A DNA stretch of 62,963 nucleotides, filler included, from Reticulomyxa filosa (Eukaryota; Protista; Foraminifera): the NCBI GenBank assembly GCA_000512085.1. It is 17 parts of 17 records of this genome, joined end to end, with 100 filler letters (N's around TTAATTAATTAA, not from the genome) between each part and the next. Parts side by side here need not be neighbours in the genome. Positions count along the whole stretch, not along the records: positions 13,843 to 15,036 come from ASPP01034449.1; positions 15,137 to 17,150 come from ASPP01027745.1; positions 17,251 to 18,969 come from ASPP01024413.1; positions 19,070 to 24,822 come from ASPP01001299.1; positions 24,923 to 26,800 come from ASPP01009278.1; 12 more parts are not named here. One strand, given 5' to 3'. Below are positions 13,887-26,472 of this stretch, piece after piece. Position 1 is the first letter of the stretch; each line of letters begins with the position of its first letter. The notes beneath the pieces were generated by a model, which saw nothing but the letters and a program-made list of their open reading frames with translations, ran no database searches and was not told the DNA's origin. A program made the translations under genes and the position numbers.

Positions 13887-15036
13887 CACTCCATCTTTAG
13901 ATACTGGGAAACCCCTCAAAAATTTAAAATCTCTTACCTATTTGAAAATGTAAATTATAAATAGTAATCATTTTAAAAAGAAAGTATTCCTTAACATATT
14001 TAATAATAATTTCGTTAAACTCATTGATCCATCCCAATTTTATCTTTGCTATTTTAACCCAATGTTGTATAATAAGTATCATTTCATTTGTTGACTGTCG
14101 ATTATTTGTTAAATAAAGTTTATTTGTATTTGATTCAAAAAAACAGTATATCTTTAAAAAAAACCGAAAAGAAATTTACCAATTGTGAGACATCACACCA
14201 TGTTATCACATTTGCCTTTATATGTGTTGATACTGGTTTATTTTCATAATGATTCCCTCCAATAATATGTATACAAGTGTTGTCTTCACTCAATACTCCA
14301 AAACAATCACACAATGAAATAGGCAAAGTAAATTCAGATTTCATCCACATATTTTCTCTGATTAAATACTTATGCACTGCTCTTGAAACAATATATTTGC
14401 CACCCAAACCACCACTCAACCCACCAAAGAGCAAGACGACATCATTAATACACACATATGCACATCGATGGAACGATGTAACATTCTTATAATAACGTAG
14501 ACTATAAGATTGTAAAGTGTTGTTATCTTCATCATATTCAATTGATAGTATTGCCTTTTTACAAAATAATATCATTTCATTCTTTTTTTTTATTTTATTT
14601 TTTTTTCTATTTGTTTTCATTTCTTGTTTATTTTCTGACTTTGATACAAAGCAATGATACCACGTTGGGTTATAAGTCAATAAGGTATCATGTTGAATAA
14701 ATTGAAATGTATTTAAATCAAATACACTAATGTTATTTGGATAATAAGTAATAAATAACAAATTATTGTCACTTCCACCAATCACTGCGCGTACTCCTTC
14801 GTATTTATCTTTATCTCTTCCAATTTGAATTGGATGATTATGATTGTCTGTGAAAGGGACCCATTCATTGTAATTATTTGATTTCTTTGATTTATTTATT
14901 TCATTGTCATTGTCATTGTTATTACTCCAAACACTTACATATTTCATTACCAATGTATGTTTAAAAAATCCACCAAAAGACAATAAAGTAATCTCATTAC
15001 TGTTTTTATTATCTATCAACTTCACTACACAATGTC
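13887..15036 (-). CDS. Kelch-like beta-propeller family protein (5'-partial)
   Basis: LLSFGG, VIGG..NNLLFIT, VLLFGG and IHIIGG motifs. Intron 14179-14095 leads to exon STNEMILIIQHWVKIAKIKLGWINEFNEIIIKY (14094-13996), followed by a probable short last exon from 13937. Confidence 0.8.
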
Positions 15037-15169
15037 NNNNNNNNNNNNNNNNNNNNNNNNNNNNNNNNNNNNNNNNNNNNTTAATTAATTAANNNNNNNN
15101 NNNNNNNNNNNNNNNNNNNNNNNNNNNNNNNNNNNNACTTCTTTTTACAACCTGTTTTAATTTATTTGT

Positions 15170-15740
15170 TTGTTGAAAATAGGATCTTTGAGCAAAAAAA
15201 CCCCTTTCGTATTACATTTAGTGCAAATGCAACAAGCGATTCTACAAATGGCGGCAGAAGCTGTTACTACCGTAGCTCAAGTGAACGTAAACACCAACGC
15301 AACCACTAATGAATCTGCTATCAAAAACGGTGAAATAAATAGTGGAGGCATCGAATCATTGAGACATAAAAATGATGGAACAGCAAATGTGGGGTCGAAT
15401 GAAATAACAAAACAAAATATAAAAGGATCATTGGATATGAATGATGGCCAAGCAGATCAATCTAAAGGTAATCCAAATGATTCTGCCAATGAACAATATC
15501 TAAGCTCACGAATCAGGCTTAGAAGATCAGAAGGAATATCAAGATATAATGGGAGATATTGCCGATACATGTCAGGAATATGGCAAATTATTATCCATTG
15601 TTATTCCTAAAAGAGGTGAAGAAGGCTGCGGACGTGTGTTTTTAGAATATCAGACCCGAACATTTAATAATAATGTTATTACTGCACATTTTTTCGATGA
15701 AGCTGCTTTTGAAAAATCAGAATTTGGCAAACAGCTGTGA
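15170..15740 (+). pseudogene. U2AF65-like (UHM domain) fragment with frameshift and internal deletion
   Basis: EYQDIMGDIADTCQEYGKLLSIVIPK..GCGRVFLEY..R(T)FNNNVITAHFFDEAAF matches the U2AF65 C-terminal UHM but lacks the helix between FLEY and RxF. It is out of frame with the upstream ORF and no RRM1/2 is present. Confidence 0.7.
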
Positions 15741-16927
15741 TTTTCTTTCTCTTATTTGTCATTACCACATTTTTTCTGAGCCCAAAAAAAGACTACAAAT
15801 TTTTTAATTTATATTATTTAATGCAAAACACTATTTTGGACCAAGCGCTTTTCAAACTTGCTTTTGTTCGCGCTTTGTGTTGAGGAAAATACTAAAACAT
15901 TGATTGGTGTAAACTACAATATAACTATAGCGATATCACATTATAATGTAACAGCCTTCCAGCAAATACTTGAGTCTTCTTGATTTATGTTTATTTGCGC
16001 TAAACATTAAATGTACTGCTATTGAATCTATATATTGTTTGTATTGTAAATATTCGTTTCGCAGTTTGACTTTTTTTTTGTTCAATCGTTTTTATTGAAT
16101 GTATTGCAGAATGAGTTTATTATTGCTATATCACTATTAAAAGACACTTGTTTTTATGTTCATTTTTAACTTGCTATAGTTATGAAAGAACGTTGTGTTA
16201 ACGTTCGCACTAATATGTGTTTATTGTAATGTATTATAAACTAGATTTGGTATGTTTAGTGGTGTTAAGTGGTCATTCAGTAACTGTGCTTAGTTAGTCT
16301 TGACATAACGATATATACCGTCAAACTATTAATGTAATAAGTTTTCTTAAAAACACTAATTTATCACTTTATTCTTTTATAATTCAACATACAATGGACA
16401 AAATGATGTCACATAAAATTTTGAAAAAAGTTCTACATCTTTTTCGCTTCCCTTCCTTGAACACCGCTTTAAACTAAAGTTCAAGTTAATTTCTAATACT
16501 TCGATCATTCTGTATTTGATCTAATTCATGTCAAAAAACATTACTAGCATCATTTTTAAGTAAACGTTTACATATTCAAGCAACATACTCTGACACGTTC
16601 AATAAAATGAATTACCATATTTAGAAAAGGCTTTGATAAGAAACATTTAACATGTTTCTATTAAGTGTAAAAAAAATCGATACTGTTTCATCAAATACAG
16701 CACACTTGACAACTTTTTGTTTTTCTTTGTAAGTCCCAACAAAAAAAAGCATCTTTATGTTGAACAAAGAAATTGACAACATCAATTTTCATTTTTTTTA
16801 ATAATTGTTTTGAGTAACAGAAAAAAGTGTGCCAAAAGAACACCAACAAAAAAGAGACCAAAGAGCTTGTTAGAGAAAAGACTAGTGGAACAAAACAAAG
16901 ACATGAAACATCAATCCGTAATTTGAT

Positions 16928-17086
16928 TTAAATGTTTCGGAAGTATTTCAAATAAACAACCAATGAAATAATAATCAATTCGAGTAAAACAATGATGGTT
17001 TGAATCAAACGATCTGTGTACATTCGTGTTCTTAAATTTCTTAACAATTTTCTAGCTTGATCGCCGATTGAATTGACCTCTTGTAA
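16928..17086 (-). CDS. Qb-SNARE (VTI1-like) last exon
   Basis: LQEVNSIGDQARKLLRNLRTRMYTDRLIQTIIVLLELIIISLVVYLKYF is a SNARE helix end plus C-terminal TM anchor; CAG acceptor ends at 17087. Confidence 0.75.
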   Translation of the reverse strand, partial: LQEVNSIGDQARKLLRNLRTRMYTDRLIQTIIVLLELIIISLVVYLKYFRNI

Positions 17087-17780
17087 CTGAGCCCACATGC
17101 GTATATGCACATATATTTTTTAATTTATATATGTAATAATATGCATATATNNNNNNNNNNNNNNNNNNNNNNNNNNNNNNNNNNNNNNNNNNNNTTAATT
17201 AATTAANNNNNNNNNNNNNNNNNNNNNNNNNNNNNNNNNNNNNNNNNNNNCAGTCGTCCATCAACATATTCAATGTTGAATGTTTGCTGATAAAATAACA
17301 CTTTGTACATCGATATTTACAGTGACGATCAGTTGTAATCATTGCAACAAAGTACTGATAAGACGAAGTGAATCGCTTGCAGAATTCAAACCTGGAATAA
17401 TGCGATCATGTGAAATATCTTGTACTATTTCTTGATTTCCACATGATGTTAATTAGATCTATGGCAAAGCATCGATGAAATTTATATATTTGACATACTT
17501 ATGTTCATACAAATGTGTCAGATCACCATGATTCGTACTAATATCAGAATTTTGGAATGTGCAGCAGACAATCATAAGAGACAATTGGAAATGATACAAA
17601 GAATTGCGATGTCAAATCCTTGTTGTGATTAACGACTGCTTATGGCAGTCAATATTATTTACCAACTTCATTTCTTGAATTACGACGAAGATAATATTTG
17701 AAGCTTTACCACAAATGTATCATGTCATTCAATTGTCATAATTTATATTTTTTTACATTTCTTTTTTTATTTTTTATAAT

Positions 17781-18281
17781 AATAATGATAACTTTAATTA
17801 TTATTTTTTTCATATAAAATAAGTATAACTTTACTTATTTTTGTTTATAATAAGGATAACTTTCCTTATTACATTATATAAAAAAAAGGATAACTTTCCT
17901 TTATTTGTTTTTTTTATAATAAAGATAGCTTTCTTTATTTTTTTTCATTATATATTATTATATAAAAATAAGTATAATTTTACTTATTTATTTTTATATT
18001 ATGTAAAATAAGTATAACTTTACTTATTTTTTACATTATATATTAAGTTTACTGATTTTATTTTTGTTTTTTATAATAATGATAACTTTCATTATTATAT
18101 TATATATTATATAAAAATAAGTATATCTTTACTTATTTTTTTTATTATATTAGTTAATAATAAGTATAACTTTACTTATTATATTATATATCATATAAAA
18201 AAAGGATAATAAAGATAACTTTCTTTATTACTTTTTTCCATTATATATTATTATAAAAATAAGTATATAACTTTACTTATT
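17781..18281. repeat. Array of 12 short hairpins (8-bp arms, TAACTT loop) with co-varying stems
   Basis: Units start at 17781, 17818, 17849, 17883, 17918, 17967, 18007, 18075, 18116, 18159, 18208 and 18258. Arm pairs: AATAAGTA/TACTTATT, AATAAGGA/TCCTTATT, AATAATGA/TCATTATT, AATAAAGA/TCTTTATT. Confidence 0.85.
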
Positions 18282-18342
18282 AATTTTTTTTACATTATAT
18301 ATTTATAAGGTTAGTAAAAAAAAAGATAAAAATACATTATAC

Positions 18343-18915
18343 CTTGTTCTGGCTTTTGGGTCTTGTTGTATATACATAACATTAAGTAATACGTCTAATA
18401 TTTTTGCATCCAACAAATAAATTTTTGTTAATAATATTTATTTATTCCACAACTACAATAATCGTGTTAATAAAATTTAATTTTTTTTTTGAAATTACAT
18501 AAAATAAGATAGACATAAGAGAATAAACATGCAGCGGAAAACACAAGGATCAGAAGAATGACAGTAGTATTGCGAAAGCATTTGGAAAAATTGGAATTGC
18601 TTGTTGACTGAGTCTATGACAGGGTTTATGTGATATTGCAGTAATTCAGGCATAGTTGTGCTGATTTGTTGTGTCATCGCTTGAGAAACATTTTGTATGA
18701 GTCTTTCTTCGTCTACTGCAGCTTCCCGTGACAGTGCTTCTTGCTTACAATACTTTAGATCATATGACATTTTTCCTTCCGGTCTTTACATCTCTATTCC
18801 AAGGGCGTCCCAGAAATGAAGCAACTCTTTGAAAGCAAAGTTCAATGTTTGTTTCCAGCCGGGAAATATCAATTGCAAGTAGTTGCCTTGGCTAAGAGAG
18901 TTTTTTGTCATAATA
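18343..18915 (-). pseudogene. Fragment of an unidentified gene (in-frame TAA near 18788)
   Basis: Coding-like frame NYLQLIFPGWKQ...GIEM*RPEGKMSYDLKYC...; a small exon ends IQQDPKARTR with a GT donor at 18342. Confidence 0.4.
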
Positions 18916-19236
18916 TTGATATATCGTATATATGTTTATGTACACATATTATGTATTGTATATAGTATANNNNNNNNNNNNNNNNNNNNNNNNNNNNNNN
19001 NNNNNNNNNNNNNTTAATTAATTAANNNNNNNNNNNNNNNNNNNNNNNNNNNNNNNNNNNNNNNNNNNNACAAAAAAAGATAAGTGTATCAAAAAATTTT
19101 GTGAAAAATCAGACACAATCTAAATAACATTCTTTCCAGAAAAATTTTGGGATGATTAATTTTTTTTCAGTCAAGTTTTGAGATTGTGAGCTATCTATAT
19201 TTAATTGATCAGTTTCGATTTCTTTTGGATCATTTC

Positions 19237-20880
19237 TTAGTTTTTCTTCAAGCTTGGGCAGGCTTGCAATGGTCTTTGGAGGTGATTGTGATTGTGATTG
19301 AGAGGGGGTACAGAATGCACAGGTGGTCGTGGAGGTTGAGATTGAGCCATTTTAACAGCTTTTGCAGCTTCTAAAAATCCAAAATTATGACTACCAGAGC
19401 TACTCTTGCGACTAATCTTTGTTAACATTTCTTGCATTTTTAAAGATTCAAAAATGTGACCAGCAGAATTTTCATCTGGACGAAGCTCTTTACAATGAAC
19501 ACGTAAAGTCAATTCTCCTCCACCATCTAATTTTTTAATAACCATTGCAGGTTGATTTTGATTACCACAAAGATCAATTATTTCACCAACAGTAATGCTA
19601 GTCATTCCTAAAACATGATTTCTAAGTACTGCCTATCAAAAGATATATTTTAAAAAATTTTGTAAAAAGGAAAATAAAAAAAGAGATATAATTAAAAGAA
19701 TACTAAACATTCCAATCTTTGACTGTAAGCCTAAATCGTGTTTGATTTGGATATCCGGTAATATTGTATTCAAATACATTTGTTTTCCAAATCTATGTAT
19801 GTGATTTAAATTATAAACAAGATAAACAAAATAATAATAATAAATGTTTTATTGATTGTACTGTGAATTTCAAAGACTAAACAGGATTACAAGTGCTTTC
19901 AATGACACTAGTTTTTTTTTTTTTGCCAAGATGTGAAATAACGACATATGGATCACTAACACCAACGATTTCACGATTTGGCAAATCTTTTGCAGAAATA
20001 ATTTCAATACCAACCTTGGTTTGTAGTTTTTGGCCTCGTATGATTGTTTTTAATTGATGAGTGTTGGGCTTTGGATTCATCTAAAGTGCTTCCTATATCC
20101 TCCTCTATGTATTCATCGTGATCATCATTATCTCTCTTTTCTTCCTCCTCCAGATCTTCTTCTTCTTTTTCATGTATAGTGAGACTCTTTTCGGATGTAA
20201 GTGATTTAGTTGACAAGTTCAAGGTCATGTCGTCCTTGCTGTTTTGTCGTTGAAACATTTGTTTACGAGAATCCACGACACTATTTTTTTTATTGTTACT
20301 CTCATTGCTATTATTTATATGATCATGATCTGTGGTACTGGAAGTACTGAAAGTGCTCGACTCACTCAAACCAAACGTTTTCTGCCGTCGTTTGCCAATA
20401 TTCTTTCCAAATGCAAATGCCTTACCCATATCACCTCTACTCAAAAAAGTAGCTTGTGCCCCAAATTTGGCTGTCAACAGTCGAACATGTTCGACTTAGG
20501 ATGAGTTTCTTGTGTCAGTACTTTCTTCTTCTTTACCTTTTTTTCATTGTCTTCCGCCCAATACAAATTCTTCACAAGTCGATGAAATATTTGTGCATGT
20601 GATTGGGACATTGATTTGCCCATATGACCATTTCATACTGCTGATCCGATTCCATGAAACTTGGAATAAAACCTAATTCTCTTTCTATTTTTTCATGTTT
20701 TGTCTTCACTTTGTCCTGAGTCTATGCTTATTCTTTCATCTTCTTTCCTCTGATTTTAACGCTTGCAATTGTACTTCTTTTTCAATGAAACCACCGGTGT
20801 ATAAAGAATTCAGATTCCCAAGTACAAAGATTATCCATAATGGAAGTGATCGCCATGATGATAAAAGATATAACATGGCA
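19237..20880 (-). CDS. C2-domain protein (intact C2 across 3 exons; upstream part frameshifted)
   Basis: IEIISAKDLPNREIVGVSDPYVVI..KKKTSVIESTCNP | IWKTNVFEY..FRLTVKDWN | AVLRNHVLG, with introns 19882-19793 and 19708-19633. A frameshift near 20025 and stops further 5' indicate a pseudogene or homopolymer errors. Confidence 0.75.
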
Positions 20881-21795
20881 ACGTAGACAAAAACCAACAA
20901 TGAAGATTTATATGGAGTAAAATGCTCAAAAGTTTAAAAATGATAACTAGACCAATTACAGTAATCTTTTTTTTATTATGAAATTGAAACAAACATATAG
21001 CTAGTTGAACTGTCCGAGAGACAAGCCGTTGATGGAAATGAGATATTTGTCAGTCACACGATGCTGTATATGGCATTTTGAATGATGCTTTTGAAATGAA
21101 AATGCTGAAAGAGATATTTACACATTGACATAATGATATATTCACAAGAGTCAATGAAAGTATTTATTACAATATAAATGACAGATTTTTGAATTTTTAA
21201 GAAAAATTCTAAGAATATATCATAACTTTGTATTAAACATTTTATTTCAATCTTAAAAACAATAATCTTTTGCTTTTATTTAATAATTGAAGCTGCTGAT
21301 AAAAATATTCGAATGAGATAAAAATGAAACGAACATTATAATTCTTCTCTTTGTCTTAAAGAGAAAAACAAAGATTAAAGGTACTAAAAGGGTAAATTGA
21401 TGAACAAAAATATGTAACTTTGTCTAAAGCTCTTTTGTATAGTGTGATGGATTACACTTCTTCAAGTTAGAATCTTGTTAGAACTGGTTAATTTGTGCTT
21501 GTTAGTGTTGGAAGACAAGCAACATTACAGAGACAAAGAAAAAAAAAATGGAATACCCCTTTTTGAGCACCCTTTTATTTACTGTTTTTCCGTATATTTT
21601 GAAAATAGTATTATAGTTTTCTATTTGATTTGATAAAACCAAATAATTTCACAATATACAAAATTCTCTACTATTAAGTATCAAGATGAAATGCACTGCA
21701 AAATTCTTTATGTTGCAGCGATTGTACTTAAAATAACTGAATCTAAAGTGACTAGTTTCATTGTATTATAATCTTTTTTTTAATTAAAACTTTTG

Positions 21796-23112
21796 TTATT
21801 TATTTTGTTTCCATTTGCACAATAAGTCACAATTGCAACGATTTCCACCACAAGCAATAACAACAATTTTTTGAAAGGAAGAAAATTGCGAAGCATGTTT
21901 AAACAGTGCAGCAAAAGCGCAAGCAGACAAAGGTTCGATCAAGACTTTATGTTCATCGGCAAATTGGACACACATATTGCAAGCATCAGTATCGTGAACA
22001 ACAAAAGTCGAAATGGGATTATTGAAAAAAGCAAACTTATCAAACCAAAACAAGGCTTTGTCACAGATGGCATGATAGCCAAGGTCATGACCACAAGGAT
22101 CGATAACGTGAGTACGTACTGGTGTGGTTTTCTCTCCCTCCTTTGCATTTTGAACAGCACTGGCTAAAGTCTGTCCATGTTCAGTTTGACAAACAACAAT
22201 TTTGCATTGGTGTTGCCATCCGAGTTGCATCACGCCCAAAGCTACGCCACATAACAATGCACCGTCCACTGTTTATGTTTGTGTGTACGTATTTATTTAT
22301 ATATTTTTTTTTAAGAAATGATAATAATAAAAAAAAGATTAATATTAATATTAATATTGTCAATATTAATATTAACGATTATTCCTCCTCTCTTTCTCTT
22401 CCATAAACAACTTCGAACATGTGGTCAAAATAATGCAATCAGGTTTGACAGCAGTCAGTTCTCTTACAATGCTCGCATAACCTTGAAAGACCCACTCATT
22501 GTCCGTCAAAGGGACCAAGTACTTCCATTTAAATGGCAACAGTTCACATACTTCTTTGCTGTTATTGTTATCACTTTTGTCATGAGTATTGCTATGATCG
22601 CTCCTTACACACAAGTCTTTGGCATACGTATCGCTGTCATTCCAGGTCTTACCATGAAAGATGACTTTGCATGTAGGTGGTGGCAGTATTCGTTTGAACA
22701 ATGATTCCACGCTGCTGTTGTTATCACTTTCGGACAATACAATGCAACAACGGGCTTGCCATTCCTTGCACGCCAATGCCACCGCGATACATCCATCGAT
22801 ATCACTTGCACAAACAAATAACACATCTTTGCGGACGTCACTGTTCGGATACCTTTTCTTGTGCATACCCAATGTGTTCCAGACATATTCTCCAATACCA
22901 CGAATGTGATAGGAACCACCATTTTGTAATGCCTCCATTTTCAAGAATACCTTACTTGGCTCCAGCACTTTGCCATCTCCGTCCTGCTGGTGTTGATGTC
23001 GCTGGCTGATGCGCTCTGTCAAAAATGTCGATTCAATACAAGGTGTGTTCAAATACAGCTTTTTCATGCCCGTACGAGTGTCGCTTTTTTGTACGGAGTC
23101 CAGAATGTCCAT
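21796..23112 (-). CDS. L-serine/threonine dehydratase-like (fold-type II PLP family), predicted inactive, 388 aa
   Basis: Exons 23112-22419 and 22268-21796 join in frame. LYLNTPCIES, VFLKMEALQNGGSYHIRGIG, KPDCIILTTLDGALLCGVALG, FADEHKVLIEP and IVVIACGGN match the SDS/SDSL layout. Confidence 0.85.
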
Positions 23113-23757
23113 TCGATTTTTTCTCACTCTCTTTTTTTTTTGTTTTTTGGCACATCTTTCTTTGTTGATTTGAACTTTTTGCACAAGGGATCGGGTCCAA
23201 AAACACAAAATTTTGGAGAGTTCACCGACGCACCTTACACCCTAACAGTGTCAAAATGATGACCACAAACGCTACAAAAAGTTGTTTCCATTCCAATTGC
23301 ATATTTTCAATAAACTTTTAGGCGAACTGAAATGGACAATTGCAAGTTATTCAATGGCAAAGTTGAATCTACTCGTAAGCACAGGAAAAAAAAACTCGTT
23401 CAAAAAGGGGTACAGAACGAGAAAATTGCCAAACTTACTGTTGCGATTTATGCAAAAGAACAAGACGAAAACGTTTCAATGTAATTTTGCCTTTAAATTT
23501 TGTGCAAATTTCCTAGCGAAAATGAATGCTGACGATGTACCTTCTAGTCTTCAAATCAAAAGCGATTGGCAATAAACAAAATGCATTTCCAAAATCAGAC
23601 ATCGAAAAACAACACTGAAACAAGATTTTTACAAAATTTTTTGTTTTTATACCAACTTGCGTCACGTTTGTCCAAGCCCCTACCAAAATGAAATCCGTGT
23701 TTTATCAAGTGCTTTAAAAAAAAAAAACAACTAGATATACAAATTTTTTTGGAAAGA

Positions 23758-24756
23758 TTAGAGTATTTGATTACTCTTGAAACGACCTCGAATGATGATA
23801 TCCTCGACATCCCAGAAGACTTTTTTAATGCTACTTTTATCAGTGGCACATGTAATATGTGTGAAAATGTTTCGGTCAGAATTTTTATTTTTTTTGTGAT
23901 ATTGATTGTCAATAAAATTGATCGCGTTTGTAAAGCATGCACTAAAGTATTTGGGATCGCTGGCGTTGGAATGGTCTTTTTTGAAATCGTAATCTCGTTT
24001 CATCGCGTCTGTCCAAAAATCTGGTCCACTCCATCCGTGTACATGTTCACCAAAGCATATAGATAGCGAGTGTTCACTTTATGAATTGTCAAGCCAAAAA
24101 AAAAAAAAATATATATATATGTATGTATGACATTGCACAAATGTAATCCACAAAAAAAAAAACGTATACACATGCGCACATAAAACCAAAAACGCACTTT
24201 TTCAATTCTTCTTCAAGCAAATCGCGTTTGTTTAAAAACAGTATTAAGTCTGTTCCCCAAAACCACTTTCCGCAAGCAACTTCTTCAAACAGATTTAAGC
24301 TTTCGTGCATTGCATTCATTGATTCGTCCTTTCTCGTATATTCACATGCGCACATGCAAAAAAAACGAAAGTAGAAATGAGGGACGGAGAGAAAAGGAGA
24401 GCGGGGGTTTATTTTTTTAATTAAAAAACAAAACAAAACTTCAAAGAGTACTACGTTAAAGTGATTCAATGCAGCCACGTAAATTATAGCATTAACCTTT
24501 ACAACATCATTATTATTATTATTTTTTTTTAATGTTCAGTGTCTCCCTCTCCTTCTCTGTGTTTACAAATTAGAGTTATTTTGTAACAAAAAAAAAGGGA
24601 CGTTGTACAATGTGCGTATACATTGTCAAAAGCATGGATCCATTTTGCTCTTTCATTTCGTTGTCCTCCTACATCGACAATATTTATTTGCCTATTTTTC
24701 ACTGTGAAAGTGCTCTCCGTTATCCCAATGGTGCGCTCACGCGCATAAATAACATC
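23758..24756 (-). CDS. Heterotrimeric G-protein alpha subunit (5'-partial, 4 exons)
   Basis: Switch I ARERTIGI, switch II DVGGQRNERAKWIHAF, G4 LILFLNKRD, G5 HITCATD; phase-compatible GT-AG introns. Confidence 0.95.
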
Positions 24757-25359
24757 CTTTTTTTAAAATATTTTTTACACCTTTTTTTTTTTTTTACTTA
24801 AGATTTATTCTCCACTCCTCTCNNNNNNNNNNNNNNNNNNNNNNNNNNNNNNNNNNNNNNNNNNNNTTAATTAATTAANNNNNNNNNNNNNNNNNNNNNN
24901 NNNNNNNNNNNNNNNNNNNNNNTGAATGTTTGATGAGTTGAGTTATTACAACTCTGGAGTCAGTTATGACTCATGTATCACTACAAGAACAAGTAAATTT
25001 AAATCACAAAAATAGAAACAACAGCCAACAAAAACAAAAACAGAAAAAGAAAAGATAGAAAGTGAATGAAGTTGGTAGAAGTTTTGAGAAAAAGTGAGTT
25101 CAAGATTCACTTGAACCTTGACGTCAAACAGTAGGCTCTTGCCCCACAAGTTTTAGTTGTTTTGTACAACACAATTTTACCAATTCACTAACTCTATCAA
25201 AATTAAATACTCAGTAAAATAATTTATCACAAATATTGTATATGGAATTGAAGTAATAAAAAAAATGTTTCAATATATTCATGTTATCAAAAGGTGAATA
25301 CAAATTTGCTAAATGTTGTTAACAACAAGACATAAATAAAATAATTCAAAACTAATATA

Positions 25360-26472
25360 CAGTAGAATACAAAAGATTTGACACATAAAATAGCACCTTA
25401 TAAAGGTGATTGATTTTCTTCATGAAAAAACAACATACATAATTTTTTAATATTAAAAAATACCAACGAATAGTGTAATTTTTAAATATCATTTTGGTTT
25501 TTTATAAATCTTTACTTTGTCTGCACTTATCATTAATTTTTTTGCCTTTTTGTCAAATACTAAACAAGTCAAGTTAATTCAAATGCTTAAGAACTGAAAA
25601 TTTTTTTGTAGTAAGATTTTTTTAGTGAAAATTATCATTTAGTTAAATCACCTTTTGCATTATATACTATTTGCATTCTCTAGAATTGATTTCATTAAGT
25701 TTGTGCATATTTTTTTATCAATTTTTTCAATTCTAATTCCAAAGTTCTTTTTGATCTAAATGGTCCGTTTTTGTATATTTTTGTTTTCAATATCCACATC
25801 ATATTTTCGATTAAGTTCAGTTTTGTATAATTTTAAGTGAAATCCAATACTTTGATGTCTAATGTTCAAACTGTTACTTTACTGTAATTGCTTTGTGGCT
25901 GTTGTCATTATCTTAATGAAATATACAATTTTTATTATTTTCTAACAACAATCAATGCCTTTGAGCATTTTATCACATATAATTTCTTTGTATATATGCA
26001 TTTACATTTTAATCAATTTTTCATGAATACTAAGATCCTAACACTACAAAGTCGCACAATTATATTTCCACAACCAAATTTTGATTTTTTTATTATTTGA
26101 TTTCCGGTAAGTGGTGCTACTTGTATCTTAAAATCTTTAAACTAATTTTGCTTTCATCATAAAAAGTACTTTTTTCCAATCATTGAATGTCAATTCATTA
26201 TACTTTTTTTGTAGTCATTTAGTCATTTTCAAAAAAAATCGAAATGATTAAAATATCAAATATCGAACTGTACTGAACTAAAAAAAAAATGATAAAATAT
26301 AAAAATAATTATTAAAGATTTAATAAAAAACTAAATTCAAAATTATATTTAAAAACTGCAGTATTCGTAGATATTTTTTAAAATAAAAATTATGTCTTGA
26401 CGTTGTTTTTCACGAAGAAAATCATATCTATAATGTGCTGTTTATGTACCAACTTTCTTTTGCATTTTGCTG
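25360..26472. mobile_element. Non-autonomous Tc1/mariner-like TIR element (MITE-like), about 1.1 kb
   Basis: Degenerate inverted repeats ~25360-25515 and ~26312-26472. Left end TA|CAGTAG, right end TGCTG; no transposase ORF inside. Confidence 0.65.

Noticed and set aside
17781-18281. CRISPR-like array
   Set aside because: Spacers are low-complexity AT runs of irregular length, the context is eukaryotic, and there are no cas genes.
24000-24003. Apparent frameshift/TGA within G-alpha
   Set aside because: The correct exon frame (NEHSLSICFGE..GPDFWTDAMKRD) is open from the acceptor; the ORF track followed the wrong frame.
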